From Raillietiella orientalis (taxonomy: Eukaryota), in contig JAYWIR010000049.1 in NCBI GenBank assembly GCA_036172245.1, positions 434,001 through 498,000 on the forward strand: DNA of 64,000 nt. The letters are read 5' to 3'. Both the position numbers and the translations under genes were made by a program. This document shows, piece by piece, positions 12,749 through 25,930 of the stretch; within the stretch, counting starts at the first letter, position 1; every line of letters begins with the position of its first letter. The notes beneath the pieces are model-generated. The model saw only the letters and a program-made list of their open reading frames with translations, was not told where the DNA came from and searched no databases.

Positions 12749-15700
12749 TCAATGTTCTGGAATCCTCTGGAAGATATCGCAGTACATCCAAGCTGGAATC
12801 CCTGCACAGCTTCTGATTCCAATTTCACTGTTCAGGAGACCTTTCAATATTTCCATAGCAGGCACCTGGCTCATTCCTGTCCGCATTTTGGCCCTCCTTA
12901 TTACGATCCTTTTGATAAAGAGGGCTATGGTTATGAGGACCATCGGGTTGTATCGGGGAACGTTGCCGTTCCCTTCGAACATCCCAGCGAGAATCTCCAT
13001 CTTCCTCAACGACTGCAAGTCTATCACCTGCTTTAGACTGGCCCAGTCTTGGCGCAGAGACGGGCGGATGATTACGTGAAGGGTGAGTATCTCTGATTCC
13101 ACATGCATTGCACTTCTCCTCCTGCGGATCTCCGGTCCAGTGTTTGGTTCTAGTGCCTCTCGGGATGCCACCGCGATAAAACATCAGCAGCTCATCCTGA
13201 GTGTCGGGTGGTAAGTCGCTCGTCCAGACCCTGGTTCCAACCGCCAGCGGTTCCACCTGGTGGCATCCGTATCGGTTGGCGGCCGCAGACAGAGCGCCGT
13301 CGTCGTCCGATTCCTTCATTATTGCTTCTCGTATGTTTTTCCTGGTTATCAGGCGCCAGCAGCTACATTTCTGATTGTCCAGATCTCTCGATACTTGTGG
13401 GTGAATCTTCCCACTATCTCCGTAGTTAGCCGATACAGCCGCATTTTTTGGCGATTGCCGCTTAACGCGAACTGCTCGCAGTCCTCTATGGTGATCATTG
13501 GATTCTCAAATATCCACTTCCTGGTGTCCGATGGGACGTGAAAAACCAGGGGATAATCCTAACCAGTTCGCTCTCCCGAATTTCCTTACTTCTAGGCACT
13601 ATTTTGAGGTGATGGGTGTTGACCAGTGCCTGTTTCCGTATCCAAGTAGGGTCGATGTTTCTCCACCGTCCTTGTTTGCCTATTAGGGCTAACATTAGGC
13701 CTCTCGAATTGTTGACCAACTGCAAGTAGGCTTTGTGCGCTGCATAAGGCCACTCATCCCATTTGGTGGCAAGATCAAGAATTTGTCGCACGTCCTGCAG
13801 ATCCATGAAATGCTCGAGCGATTTCATCCCGGTCCTGCCTTTGTCTCGCGGTCGGCACAAGAGTTTCAGCATGAGCCGTGGCTTAAACTCCCTCCATAGT
13901 ATTCTCCGCTGTAGTTGTTCCACCTGTTGGCACGTTTCTTCGTCCACTCGACAAAAGGCTTCTCCGAAGAGCATCTTAAAAAGGAGAACTCCGTTCCACA
14001 GGTTTGCCCTTCGCTTCAGGCAGAAGTCGAGTCGCACGTATTGTGCAACCTCTTTTCTTGTTTTCTCCAGGATTCCCTTCCACATTTCCTGCGAAGCCGA
14101 GTCATCGCCGATGTATACTCCCAGGTACTTGATGTTAGCCACTACTCGGAATCCTGCTTCCGCTAAAGCGGTAAGGTCCAGGATTCCGATGGGCAACAGT
14201 TGGGATTTCTGGGCGTTGATCTTCAAGCCCAGACCATTCGCCATCGATTGGACGAGACCAAGGGACTCATGCTGATCCTTGCCTTCCTTCAAGAAGAAGA
14301 GCAGATCATCCGCATACGCCAGGTGCGTCAATCTGTCGTCGTCAAGGCGTATTGCTTGGATACGGCCGCCATGGTGGACCAGTGACGAAACCGCTTCCGT
14401 ATAAACTACGAACAGCATCGGACTAAGGGCGTCTCCCTGACGGATTCCCCTTTCCATCCTGATGTCTGCCGTATCATTTCCGTTGATTCTTATTTTTCAG
14501 TACTGCCCTTCGAGATTCTTCTCCACGTAGTCGGCGAAGTATTCTGGCTAGCGCAGTTTCCTCAGAATCTTCATCAACATTCCATGGTCCACGGTATCAA
14601 ACGCCTTCTCCATATCCGTGCAGACCAGCACCAGGTTTTCGCCTATGTAGCGACTGTAACCTAACGTTGCTTGGACACACTTCACGTTGTCAGACATGCT
14701 GCGTCCGAGCACTGTGCTCGTCTGCATTGGAGAAATGGCGGATGGCATCGTCTTGCTTAAACGGTTAGCCCAGAGCTTGGCTAACCATTTGGCGTCCGTG
14801 GTCTTGATGGAGATGGGCCGCCATTGGATGACCTGAGTCGAGTCTCCTGCCTTAGGCAGCAGCCTCATTCGGCTCTCGTTAAACGACTCGGGAAGCTTCC
14901 GTTCTTCTTGGATGCGAAGCGTGAGCTCGCTGAACAACCGCAGGTAGGTTTCTAGGTACCGCTGGTAATGCGAGATTGGCACGCAATCAGGGCCTGCAGC
15001 CACGTCCTTGCGGAGTCCAGCGAACGTCTGCTGCACTTTTTCCATGGAGGTTTCTTCTTCTAGCCTTTCCTAGTGTTGCCGAGTGATTTGTTTCTGCAGG
15101 AATCGAAGAAAATCGTCCTGCTCGCTTCTTGACAATTCACGCCATCAAAAGTGAGGTGTAATGTTGGTAGAAGCCCTCCGCTATTGCTTCTGGCGTCTGT
15201 CGCAACTGGCCTTTGTGCTGGATGCAAAAGAGATCCGTTGAAAAATTTCTCTTCTCCTGCACCCCTATTCCCCCTTTTACGTTGCGGCAGACGTACCGGC
15301 TCTCGTACTGGCCCCAGTATTTGGAGAGCGAGAGATCCTGGATGTTTTGCACTTAGTAAGCTTTCTTCCTTATCTTCCTGTTTACGAATTGCGCGTTGCA
15401 GAATACGTGGATAGTGTGCTTTAATCTGTCCCATTCCTCGACTCTGAGGATTGTTTTTCGCGCAGGATCGTCTCGAGAAGTTCCTGGTGACAGGGAAGGG
15501 TTTCAAACCAGGAAGGCATACACATGAGTGCAGCCCTTGTACCTACTTGCTTCCGGGGGTTCTCCGTTCGCAACGTGAACTGCAGCAACGGGTGATCCGA
15601 GAGCAGAAACTGGGTGTCTCGGAATCGCTGCACGCGGTTCTCGACTTCTTGACTAAAAATTACGTGGTCGATTGGTTTGTGTTTGGCCGTTAGCCAAAGC

Positions 15701-16219
15701 AGTCCAAACTCGTCGGAGAGCTTCCGATACGCCACTTTTCCTCCGGTATCCCTGAACTGGGCACTGATTACCGGTATATTCAGATCGCCCACGATAGCGA
15801 CTATGTCCTTTGGTGCGACCTTGCAGCGCAGAAGATCCCGCACATCGATGCTTTTCCGAGTGGGGTCCGTAAACGTTGACCAGCAAAAGGTGAACTGCGC
15901 AGGACCAGGACATCCGAACTCCAACGATGCGGCCGGGCCACGGAGAAAAGGATTCCAGAACGGTGTGCGCGATCCTGTTCTTGATGAAGATCGCAACGTC
16001 CTTGGTCTGCCTCTCTCCCGGACTCAAGTACAATGTAGCATCCAGTCGCTGTTCGAGTTCGCGGCAGATCTGGTCGTCTGTTTCGTAGGTCTCTTGAAGG
16101 CAGATGATGTCCTCGCGCTCGACGTTACGCGCGATCCTTCTTTTTCCCTGGTCTCGCATCCCATTCACATTCCAGAAGGCAATCTTGACACTCCAGGAGG
16201 AAGACAGGAAGAAACACAT
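12749..16219 (-). pseudogene. B1 ORF2: APE endonuclease - reverse transcriptase - Cys/His motif, frameshifted
   Basis: WNVNG, ICLQET, VNVYGP, GDLN, IDHV, SDH; AAGPD, WRPISI, DMEKAFD, GIRQGDALSPMLF, YADD, KYLGV; CNACGIRDTH. Confidence 0.9.
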
Positions 16220-16231
16220 GGGCAATCACGT

Positions 16232-17655
16232 TTTAGGTCTTAATGTTCTGGTATTTTTCTGCTTTGGAGATCCCGTAGGCTTCTTCCAAACAAAAGTCTC
16301 CTCTCCCGTTTCGCTTCAAGACTCCACGGAATTTGTGATGTGTTCAGCTGGGGTTCCTTCTGTTATAACTACTCCGCGGCCTGCACGCTTTGTCGGCCTA
16401 AGAGAGAGCTCTTCTTGTTCCGAGGCTGCAGTTTTGGCTGTAAACGCCTCAGGGACCTCCTTTACTCGAAATTCGATGCGGTCGATTACTACCGCGGGTA
16501 AAGTTTTGCACTTCGGTGAGGACAGGAGCAACGGCTCTTCCTGTACTATCCTTTCCTCATTCTGTAAGGTGCTAAATTCCACTAGGGTGGATGCCTTTCC
16601 TTGACCCACCATTTGTTGCTTCTCCTTCTCAGTTACGCCCAATTCTTCCGACGTTGCTGAAACAGGAGAAAGTTCCTCGTTAACTTCTTTTCTCTTCCTT
16701 TTTTCTTTCTTCTTTCTTGCTTCCGTGGAGGATGCAGCCGCGCTTGTGCTGACTTCCCCTACTACTTTTTCTTCTTCTTTCCTTTGAATTGTCGGCAACG
16801 GGGAAATTCCCTGCGCATCGAGCCACTTCCAATATCTCGGGCATTCCCTCTTGACGTGTCCCGATTCCTTGCAGTGGTGACACTGCGAAGACTTCGTGCA
16901 GGCTTTGATAAAATGACCATGCTGACCACATTGGAAACAGCATGTTCTCGGACATGCACCTAGGCCAAACTGCTTACATCCAGCGCAGAATGTGGGCTGC
17001 ATACGGTATCGTACCAGCACGTGTTGAGAGTATCTATACAGACTTCTCCCGGGATCCTCGCGTCTTCAAACATCCTGATTCTGGCCATCACTTCTCCGGT
17101 GTACACTCCCGTCATTAAATGACGAAAGTAGGTCTTCTGCACTTCTCCGTATTGGGAGAAAAAATCCCACACAACCACTTGCTCCATAAAGCCACTAATC
17201 CCCGTTAAAAACACGGAGGTGTAACTGACCTCTCCCATTCTGCGCAGGTGACGTCCATTTATGACTATACCATGTTCCAGAACCATTTCCTGGAGTTCTT
17301 CATTACTAAAGTAGATTTTGAAACCGACTGAACTTGGAATGATGGCCTTAACATCGTTAAAGTTCATCTTCCTTTCTTCCTTCCTTCCTGCAACGCGACA
17401 TAAATGTCCCTGACATCCTGTATTTTAAACATGCCTGTTTTAAAGGTCACTGTGTTTACATCTGCTTCCATCTTTCACATGGGTTTTTCACTTCACTTCA
17501 ATTACGGCGGGCATTGCTCTTCTCCCCATCGTCAGTGCTGAAATGTCTGAAGTCGTTGACTGCGCCATCACCGCTGCATACGAACGGATCGGAGATGCTG
17601 CTCCGGACGCCACCGCGGTTACCTCCTTCGGCGGCCCCGGTGGGTAAGTCTGCAT
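16232..17655 (-). pseudogene. B1 ORF1 nucleic-acid-binding protein, frameshifted
   Basis: SYAAV motif, RRM-like segment, knuckles CFQCGQHGHFIKAC and CHHCKESGHVKREC, charged C-terminal tail. Confidence 0.85.
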
Positions 17656-17770
17656 GATGTTTTCCTTTGCCTCTCGGAAACGATCTCCTCGGGTCCTCCT
17701 TCTTCTTCTTAGGCGTCTGTGAGTTTGAAATGTACAAACAATTTCGGAGCACACGCAAGGTTAGCACTAC

Positions 17771-19267
17771 CTCAGCAGAAAAGCAATCTCCCGACTGCCG
17801 CGGAGGCAACGCCATTGCTGTCTTTTGAGGGCGCAGGGAAAGCTGTGCACCAGGCACTGTGAAATCAACCCCAGAGGTGCCCGCGACGAAAGTCGCGAAT
17901 CCCTCCGAGGAAAGCGACGACAGATGGACGGTTGCGGAGAGGGAGAAAGGCAAAATCTCCGGAGAATGCTGCGCATCTTCCTACCCTGAACCTTTTCAAG
18001 GCAAGGAACACTCGCGCGAAGGTTGCTTGTGCCTTAACAAAAGCCGCTGCCGTCGTCGAGTGCAACGCGAAAGCTGCGCTCACTGGGAGCGATGCTCCGG
18101 TGACCGCAAAGAAGGGAAAAACTGTGGGATCATCCACAGACACTTCCGAATCGACGCAGCATGTTAAGTGCCAATCTCTCGTGCGTCAATCAGACTCCGA
18201 AACGGAGTCCGATGCAACCGCTGACCGGCGCATCACACGAGCGGAGGCGGTAGCGCTCCGCGCTAATGCCTTCAGGCGCGAAGCTCACGCCGCGAAATAG
18301 CCAGAGGCTGCAGCTGCAAGCGACGTTACTCGGAGACGATCACTCGGTTGCGTGCAGCACCTTGGAAGACGGTGGCAACCGCGCCCTTCAACGTGTCGTG
18401 CTGCTAACTGTCCTCTGGCCCCAGGAGGTGAGCAACACGTCCCCAGTTTCCCAGCCCTGTTGCGAGGAATCGCGTCTTCTCGTCGTCTGTCCGTCGCTCG
18501 TTGGAACGTGAACGGTTTGCAGAACGACGAGAAAAGGTTTTCCCGGTGGTAGCGAACGCTTTGCGCCCTTTCGACCTCGTGTTCCTTCAGGAGACACACG
18601 TAATCTTTGGAGAGCAGGCTGGGGAAATCGAGAAGCTCGCAGGCGGAGCGCTGATTTGGAGGTGCGGGACGCACATAGTGCGGAGTTGCGTTCCTCGCAA
18701 GACAATTGGGGATGCGGTGCGTAGCGTTTGTTTGACAATGACGTACGGGTGGGCCAACTTGTCATCAAGTGACCCGAGTCCATCGCTCTCGTCGTGACGA
18801 ACATCCACGCGACGAGTGCCTCTCCCTACCTCGCCGAGAGAATAGAATTCTTTGGAGAGGTGAAGAGCCACTGGCACAACATCTCCGGTCCCAAAGTGGC
18901 GCACCTCGTAGCGAGGGACTTCAACGTCCGGCTGCTTTCTGACGATTGGGGCTTTCCCAGGGAAGGTTTGCTGGCCATCGAGATGTTGGCGATAAGTGCA
19001 CGCTGCCAACTCGAAGGTCAGCGTACTTGAGATGCCAAAATCGCCGGATCACATCTTCCTCGATGAAAACCTGCACTCTAGGGTGAAAAGGAGAGAAAGA
19101 TTTACGTCCGGACTTTCTGACCATCACAATTTGGAGTTTGCGCTCCTTCCGCCAGGCAAGGGGCCTCCCTTGAACAACTGGAGGATGCCGGCGAACTGGC
19201 TGAGCGATCCGGAGGCGGAGGAACATCTCCGTCAGCACCTACGGAGCTTCGTCATCAGCGAACTCGC
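17771..19267 (+). mobile_element. Right half of host 1 (family A-like): ORF1 end and ORF2 endonuclease
   Basis: Homologous to 41000-42500; WNVNG, FLQETH, RDFNV, PDHIF, SDH. Confidence 0.85.
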
Positions 19268-20632
19268 TTCTCACCTGGGTGCGCAGGGAGATTAATTCTT
19301 ACGAATCAAACATGGAGAATCTTTGGCTTAACCAGTGGTCCAGCCAAGAGCGAACAAACAATAGAGAACCTGCCGGCGCACCGGTTTGCAGACTGGTTCG
19401 GTCCACCGCGACAGCAGAGGGAACAGGTACAAAACAAAAAGAAAAAACAAGAAAAATAAAAAAAATAGATATAAAATAACATCTGGAGGGCACAGGAAGG
19501 GATCACAGTCTGCTGGGATGCCGTTAGATCCGCTCTAGGATGCCGGCAAGCTCTTCTTTCATTTGGGTATCCAGGTAGGGCCATCCTGTCGCTGTCCTCA
19601 AAAATTCGACGGCACATTGAAAGGCACCCTAATCGCGGAATCCTCCCGTTGCCTTGCTCCATGCCGTGACGATCCCTCGTAGACAACATAGGGCTGCTTA
19701 CGAGGCCTCAGGCTGGAGGGCGTTGCTTACGAAGAGATTTCTAATTACGTCCTGGGATTGCCGCAGGGGATCAAGATGGTCGCGGAAAAGCGGCTCCAAA
19801 GGGACCGCAGGGCAACACAATCCAATAGCAGGTGGGAAACGTAATCACGCTCGCCACACAGTAAACAATTTGGGTCGACCGCTCCCAGTACACAGTGATG
19901 ACTGCGGACGTTGCACGGGAAACCTCAGTGTAGCACCATAAGAACCGACTCCTGCCATTTTAATGGGAGGGTACTGGTGTCCATCAGCACCGGCGGCAAC
20001 ATCGCTTGTTCCAACGGAACATTTAGCAGCTCAACCCAGAGCACGAGTTAAAAAGGAGTGGTAATTTGGGTCGCAGTATCGCAGAATCTGCTCGTTTTCT
20101 ATTCCCCGATCTTTTTCTCCGTTCGGGAGACTTTCGAAAGCGCTTCCCATGCCGCCGCGGTGTTGCTATCCAGGTGTTCTACGAGGGAAGACAACATTGC
20201 AGCGAGAGGAATTCTTCTTGCCCACGCGCGTTTTTGAGGATTTTCCAGGAACTCTCGGAGCGTGAGGCGGTCGTTGCGGGCAAACAGGTGTCTTCCATCT
20301 TGATTGGCGCGTTGCTCGTTACTCCTCGCCCACGTGTAAACGGTTTCCTGCAGCCAGGCAGTTTCGTTAACAGGGCAACAGGAGAGCCATTCCACGTTCC
20401 TCCTTATCAAATCAGCCACTCATCGTACTGCAAAATGCAGTGGCCCACTTGGCGGCGACGATGGAGCTCAAGGAAGGATGACAGTCCCACCTTGCCGGTG
20501 GCCACTTTGACGAGCAGACGTGCAGGGTCGCACCAACTAGTGCTCCAATACTTTGCCACTATGGCGAGAAACCGAAACTGGAGCTGGAGCTCTAGCCGCT
20601 CCAACGTCAGAAGGCCGAAACCGCCGTCCGTG
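19268..20632 (-). mobile_element. 5'-truncated LINE (ORF2 C-terminus and 3'UTR)
   Basis: DGGFGLLTLERLELQLQFR; variant terminal hairpin at 19272-19297; 3'UTR resembles 52800-53020. Confidence 0.8.
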
Positions 20633-21133
20633 CGGAATACAAAGCGGGAGCCGAGAGTCAAGCCAGCCAATCCGAATCGGCCAGCTTGCTGGACGATCAG
20701 GGTCAAGAGCACTCGGCACTCACGCAAATTCGCGGTCTTCTGCGGTGGTTTTATTCCTCCCTGTACGCAAGAGCGCCTCCGGAACGGGATGTCTCACGAC
20801 TTCTACTTCCGGAAGGCGCTCCAGCGATCGCAGAGGAGGAGCGAAGGACCCTCGACGAGCCTTTCACGATAGGCGAGATCATCTTGTCCATCAGAAAGCT
20901 CAAGAGGCGCAAGGCTCCAGGGGAGGACGGCCTGCCTGCAAAGTTTTATGAAGCTTTCGCAGCAGAGCTTACCCCCCTGGTGCATCAATTCACCCTGCTG
21001 ATCCGCGAAACAGGTGACGTTCCTGCCTCGCTTCGCTAGGCAAAGGTGAGGCTCCTTCTAAAGGAAGGAGATCTGAGGAGCACGGACAACTGGCGTCCCA
21101 TCACAATAGTGAATGTGGACGTCAAGTTGCTAG
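20633..21133 (+). mobile_element. Family D-like ORF2 fragment (EN-RT linker, start of RT)
   Basis: KAPGEDGLPAKFY, NWRPITIVNVDVKLL; closely similar to 45800-46300. Confidence 0.85.
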
Positions 21134-23149
21134 TTGCCACCCGGTCGCGCCGGGGCGTTTATTATAAATTCCCTATGATTCGTGGTACTAGGCCTTACTA
21201 CGGCCAACACAACAGGACCTGCCGGGTCGCTGGTACGCAGACCGGCTCTACTCTCCTCCGTAACGGAAGGAGATGGGGGAAAAAACAAAAAGAAAAATAA
21301 AAACAGAAAAAAACAGAGATTTGGGAGGACGAGGAAACGATCACTGTCCACTGGGAGGAGGATCCATCCTTTTAGGATGCTCTCGAAGTCCATCCGTACA
21401 ATTGGGCTATCTGGTCGCAAGCCGCAGGTGGCGGAAAGCAAGGTCGACGGCATCCCTCTCGTGGTTTGGTCTTCTGACTTCGCTCCAGCACGTCATGATC
21501 CCTCGGACGCAGTGCTGCCAGGGCTGCGACTGGTCTCAGGACATCCTGCACGAAGAGAAGCCGAAAAACGCCTCTGGGCTGGCTGCCCACCTAGATCCGT
21601 AGGGAGGCACCAAGACGCTCCCAGAGAATTCGGAGGACAGCACAATCAACAATGAGGTGGGAGAAGGATTCCCGCTTACCACACCTGATGCAGGCGGCAT
21701 TCACTCGACCCCGTGTCTAGTGGAGGCGGCGTGAGTTGCGTAAGCGCCGACTCGTGCCACTTCAGGGGAAGGATCCTCGACCCAATTAAAACTGGCAGCC
21801 ACTTCAGGTCATCTGTCGGGATGCCGGGCAGCTCGCCCTATCTCAATAATCCTCGCGGGAGGACTCTTCGGGTCGTGGCGTGGGCCAGCTGCCCCATGGT
21901 TCAACCACTCATCAGCTTCTCTCTGCCCCCGATACGGCAGGCGACTTGCCACTGGGCAGCGCCCTCCTCAGGAAGGGCATCACCGTAGCTAGGGGGTTGT
22001 CTCTGCTTACGTGCTCCTTGCGGGACACTCCAGTATTTTCCGCAGAGTGCAGCGGGCGTAGGCGCCATGTCGCAGACAGTTCCACTTCTCGTAACTCCTC
22101 TCATTTATCTTCGTCTACGTGCCAGTTGTCTCCTCCAGCCATGCGGAGGAGTTGGCGGGCTGCATGCCATCCAGCCGTTCTCCTTAGCCAGGGTGGCTAT
22201 GCGTCCCAGGAGAAGGCCGCATCCTTTGATCTTCCGACCACGGCACAGAAGATACGACGCGAGACCTTGCGTCCCGGATACACCGCTGGCAAGGAGGCGG
22301 GCCGGAACGCAGGGGTGCTCCATAACTTCGCTGCGATGGCCATGTTGCGCCATTGCAGCTGGATCTCCATTCGCTCCAGCGTCAGGAGACCGAGACTGCC
22401 ATCCCGACACGGAGCACACAAGTCCTTCAGTGCGACTCGGGACCTCCCTCTTCTCTAAAGGCCGATCCTAGAGAGGTCCTTCGTCCGTTTCTTCAACAGG
22501 GGCGAGACGAGGCAAACAAAAAGTCGGCGGCGAAGGATGGGGGCCGCGAACGCGTTGCACACCGCAGCCCGTTCCGACAAGAGAAACTTGCCTTCCAAGA
22601 TCGGGTCGATCGCCAACTCTACTTTTCGGACACGATCTGACCAGGCTTCTGCGAGGTAGAATTCCTTCAAAGGGATGCCCAGGTACCCCAGGTACTCGGC
22701 CGCGGGGATCCTCAAGCGGATCCAGCCAGCTCGTCCAACCCACGTCGCACCAACCGCCACCACCGACGACTTTGCCTTGTTCACCCGCAGTCCGGTCCTG
22801 CGGCTTAGCAGATCAAAGAAGTCCTCGATTGCGGCTGCCAGGGTGGACATGGCAAACAAGAGCAGAACATCATCGGCGTACACCGATACGGCGGGCGAAC
22901 CGGGGCACGAGCTCGGCAAGGCAGCCAAAGTCACCCTCTACGCTCTCAGCATCAACTCGAAGTAAAGAGCTAAAGAGCACCGTATGACCCACCGCACCGG
23001 CACGCCGTAGACCATTTGACTGCTGCAATTGAAGTTTAGTCTCACACTGCGCCAGCAAGAGCTCAGATAGGTCAGTAGGGAAGGTGGGAAGCACATGCGA
23101 TCCAGGAGCTCCAGCAGAAACTCCTGGTCCACGCAGTCGACCGCCTTGC
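21134..23149 (-). mobile_element. L1/Tx1-type LINE, 3' half (KAFD motif to 3' end)
   Basis: KAVDCVDQ, YADD, YLGYLGIP; terminal motif at 21138-21163. Confidence 0.85.
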
Positions 23150-24284
23150 TTGTGTGGGGTGGACGCGTTTTTTTGATGCTCCTTGGTGCCGAAAACCCTC
23201 CCCTTAAAGCAAAGTGTTCTGTGGTTCGGTGGTCGATCAGCCAGCAATGCCTGACACGACCACAAGTGAGTTCCAGGGGGCGGCGGCAACGTCGGCCTAA
23301 GAGGCGATGGAGATAAGGGCATTCACCCCCACAGAATCGGTCCCTACTGCAGCGCGGGCGTGGAGCGCCGTCTTAGCGACACTAACGCCTGCAGCCGCAG
23401 CGGAATTGAACGCCTACGTGGAGGAGGGGTATAACCCCTCACTACTCTACAAGGTAGGCAATCTATATTGTCCCGAGAGTGCGCGCCACTTTTACAAGGC
23501 TATGCACGCTCTCAACGTACAAGAGGAAGAACTCTGCGCGATGACCATCCGCAGCGGGGCGCAGTACGTAAAGGTGATCTGCAAACAGGCAGATCTGGCC
23601 CATCGTCTGCTCAAAACCCCCGTGGTGATGGGGAAACGCAGGTTCTTCCCATTACGGTGGACCGCAGTATGGTGGTCCACCTGTTAGGTGTAACCGTACG
23701 GATGCGTCGGGAAATTGCACGCGCAGCGTTGGAAGAATTTGGAACAGTCCATGCGAAGTGGTCCAAACCTAGTCCCTTTGTGGACAGTACTGGACTGCAG
23801 TGTCACCTCACGACTGCACGCATCACCGTCCGAGAGGGCTGTTCTCTTCCCCACAAACTAGTGGTCGTCAGCAAAACGGTCGACATATGGTATGTGGGGA
23901 AGTCCAAATACTGCGGCTTCTGCAATACGTCGGGCCACCTCAAAAAGAGGTGACCCAACGTGTAGTGCCAGGTATGCGGGACAATGGGCCACACGCGAGA
24001 GGTGTGCCCACAGGCAGCTGTGCGCGTGGTGTCCGCAAGGAACGCCAAAAAACGCACCAGGCTGCTGCAAAAAAAGCTGGCGGCGAAAGCTGCCTCGAAA
24101 GCAGTGCTACCCGCACCCGAGACCCGGCGAACAACGCCGAAAAAGTCGAGGGGAACGCCCAGAAGCCTGGCTGGCAGGTGGCAACGTCCAAAAATTCGAA
24201 GAAACAACGACACTTGAAAAGAAACTCGCCTACCGAAAGAAAAACAGGAGGGTAGCGAGATCATTAAAGTATGCAGAGTCGTCG
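23150..24284 (+). mobile_element. Family C LINE 5' end: 5'UTR and ORF1 (ATG 23247), truncated
   Basis: Homologous to 8991-10020; decayed CCHC knuckles. Confidence 0.85.
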
Positions 24285-25930
24285 TTTGTTACCCCGTTGC
24301 GCCGGGACGTTTATTACTGCAAATCGTCTGGGAACTGTGTACCCAGGCAAGGGTAACAGAAGATGGGGAAGAGGGTTCCCGGCACGCAGGTCGGGCACAC
24401 TGAGCGTTCGGAACGGCAGGGAGGGGACAATAAATAAATAAATAAGATGGGTGGGTGGAGATAGGGTATGCAGTCGAGCCGTTCCGATTCTCAGAGCCCG
24501 CGGGGAATGCCGCCAATTTCCGTCCTCACTTCTGCTCCAAGGTGTGGCCACCCGGCAGCCAGTTGCAGATTGCAGGCTTCACTGTCGGGGACCGATGTTG
24601 GGACCGCTCACAGCTGCAATCCGTGGTGGGCCCTGACAATGGCGCGGACGCAGCAGATGATTGCGACGACCGCTCCCAGAGATAGACCGCCACGCGTGAA
24701 GAAGCTGTGCATCCAATCCATTGCAGTGTGTTCGGGGTGCAGGAGCGTTGAAGACAGCCGCCGCCACAGCTCCTGAAGAACACCGCATTCAAATAGCAAA
24801 TGCGGAAGCGATTCCACCGCTCCGCATTTTGCACAGTTAGGGGAAGCAACTCCCCCGGAAACCAGGTGCGCGCGCTGGCTGCAATACAGACCCCAATGCA
24901 CCAGCAGAAAAGCGTCCTGTTTCCACCGAAGGAGGAATACAGTGGCGTCCAAGCACGGAGAAGGGACGACAAGTTCTTCGGAGGGCACCCTGAGGAGCTC
25001 GCTCCACCGGAGAAATCCCTTGGCACGAATGCGAGGCGTGGCAGCGTCCGCCAGCTCGCAAGTCCTCCAGCCGCCCAGAAGTCGGGTTTCGCCTGCGATA
25101 GTGCAAGGGACGTCCCACCTCGCCGGTAGGTCACTGTCGTCTTGCTATCAGTGCAGGCAGCGCTTCGGCGAGGGGCGTAGCGGCCAGGCGCGTGCACTTG
25201 TCCTGGTTTTGCAACACCTCCCCCACTATACAGTGTGGAGAAAGGTTCACGCAACGAAGTTCCAACAGGACACTTCATTTTGCGCTACCCAGGACGATAA
25301 GGTTTCCTGCCGCCAGGCGTTAAAGTTCATCGGCCGGCAGGAGATCCACGAATGCATTCCCAGAAGCGAGACGAGCTGCCTCAGCAGGAAGCCGAATCCT
25401 CTCAGGACGCGCTCCTTGCGCAGGTGCAACGAACGCAGTCCGTCGCCGCCCGTGCAGCGCCGCAGCAGCAGGCGCGCTGGAGCACAGCGGGGAGTCGTCC
25501 AAAGCTGGGCGCAAAGTGCCAGCATGCGGAACTGCACTAGCAGCCTGATCCGCTCCAGCGTCAGGATGACCAAGCCGGCATCCCGCCGAAGAGCCTCAAA
25601 GTCCTTGAGGCGGATCCTGGACCTCCCTGGTCCTCACAGGGCGTTTCGTAACAGGCGTTTCTATTGAAGCTTGGCCGAGTAGGGAGGGGGACAAACAAAA
25701 AGAGGGGACGGAGGAGGGGGGCAACGAAAATGTTCCACACGAAGGCCCGTTTCGGCAGGGGGAACCTGCAGCCTTGGAACGGACCCAGAGCACTCTCGGC
25801 CTTGTGGAGGCAGTCCTACCACGCTTCTGCTGGACAGAAGGTGCCCAAGGGAACGCCAAGGTACTTAAGGCACCTGCCCGTGGGGATCCCCGGGCACGTT
25901 TCAACAGGCCACGCGGATACGACAGCGACA
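24285..25930 (-). mobile_element. 5'-truncated LINE (RT thumb to 3' end)
   Basis: LKYLGVPLG, ILTLERIRLLVQFR, CAKCGAVESLPHLLFEC; terminal motif at 24291-24315. Confidence 0.85.

Larger units (their letters stand above)
12652..17770 (-). mobile_element. Family B1 full-length Tx1-like LINE (~5.1 kb), antisense inside family A ORF1
   Basis: 5'UTR, ORF1, ORF2 and 3'UTR all present; termini match the copy at 39022-40999; flanked by CGCGGCAG (12644-12651) and CTCAGCAG (17771-17778). Confidence 0.9.
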
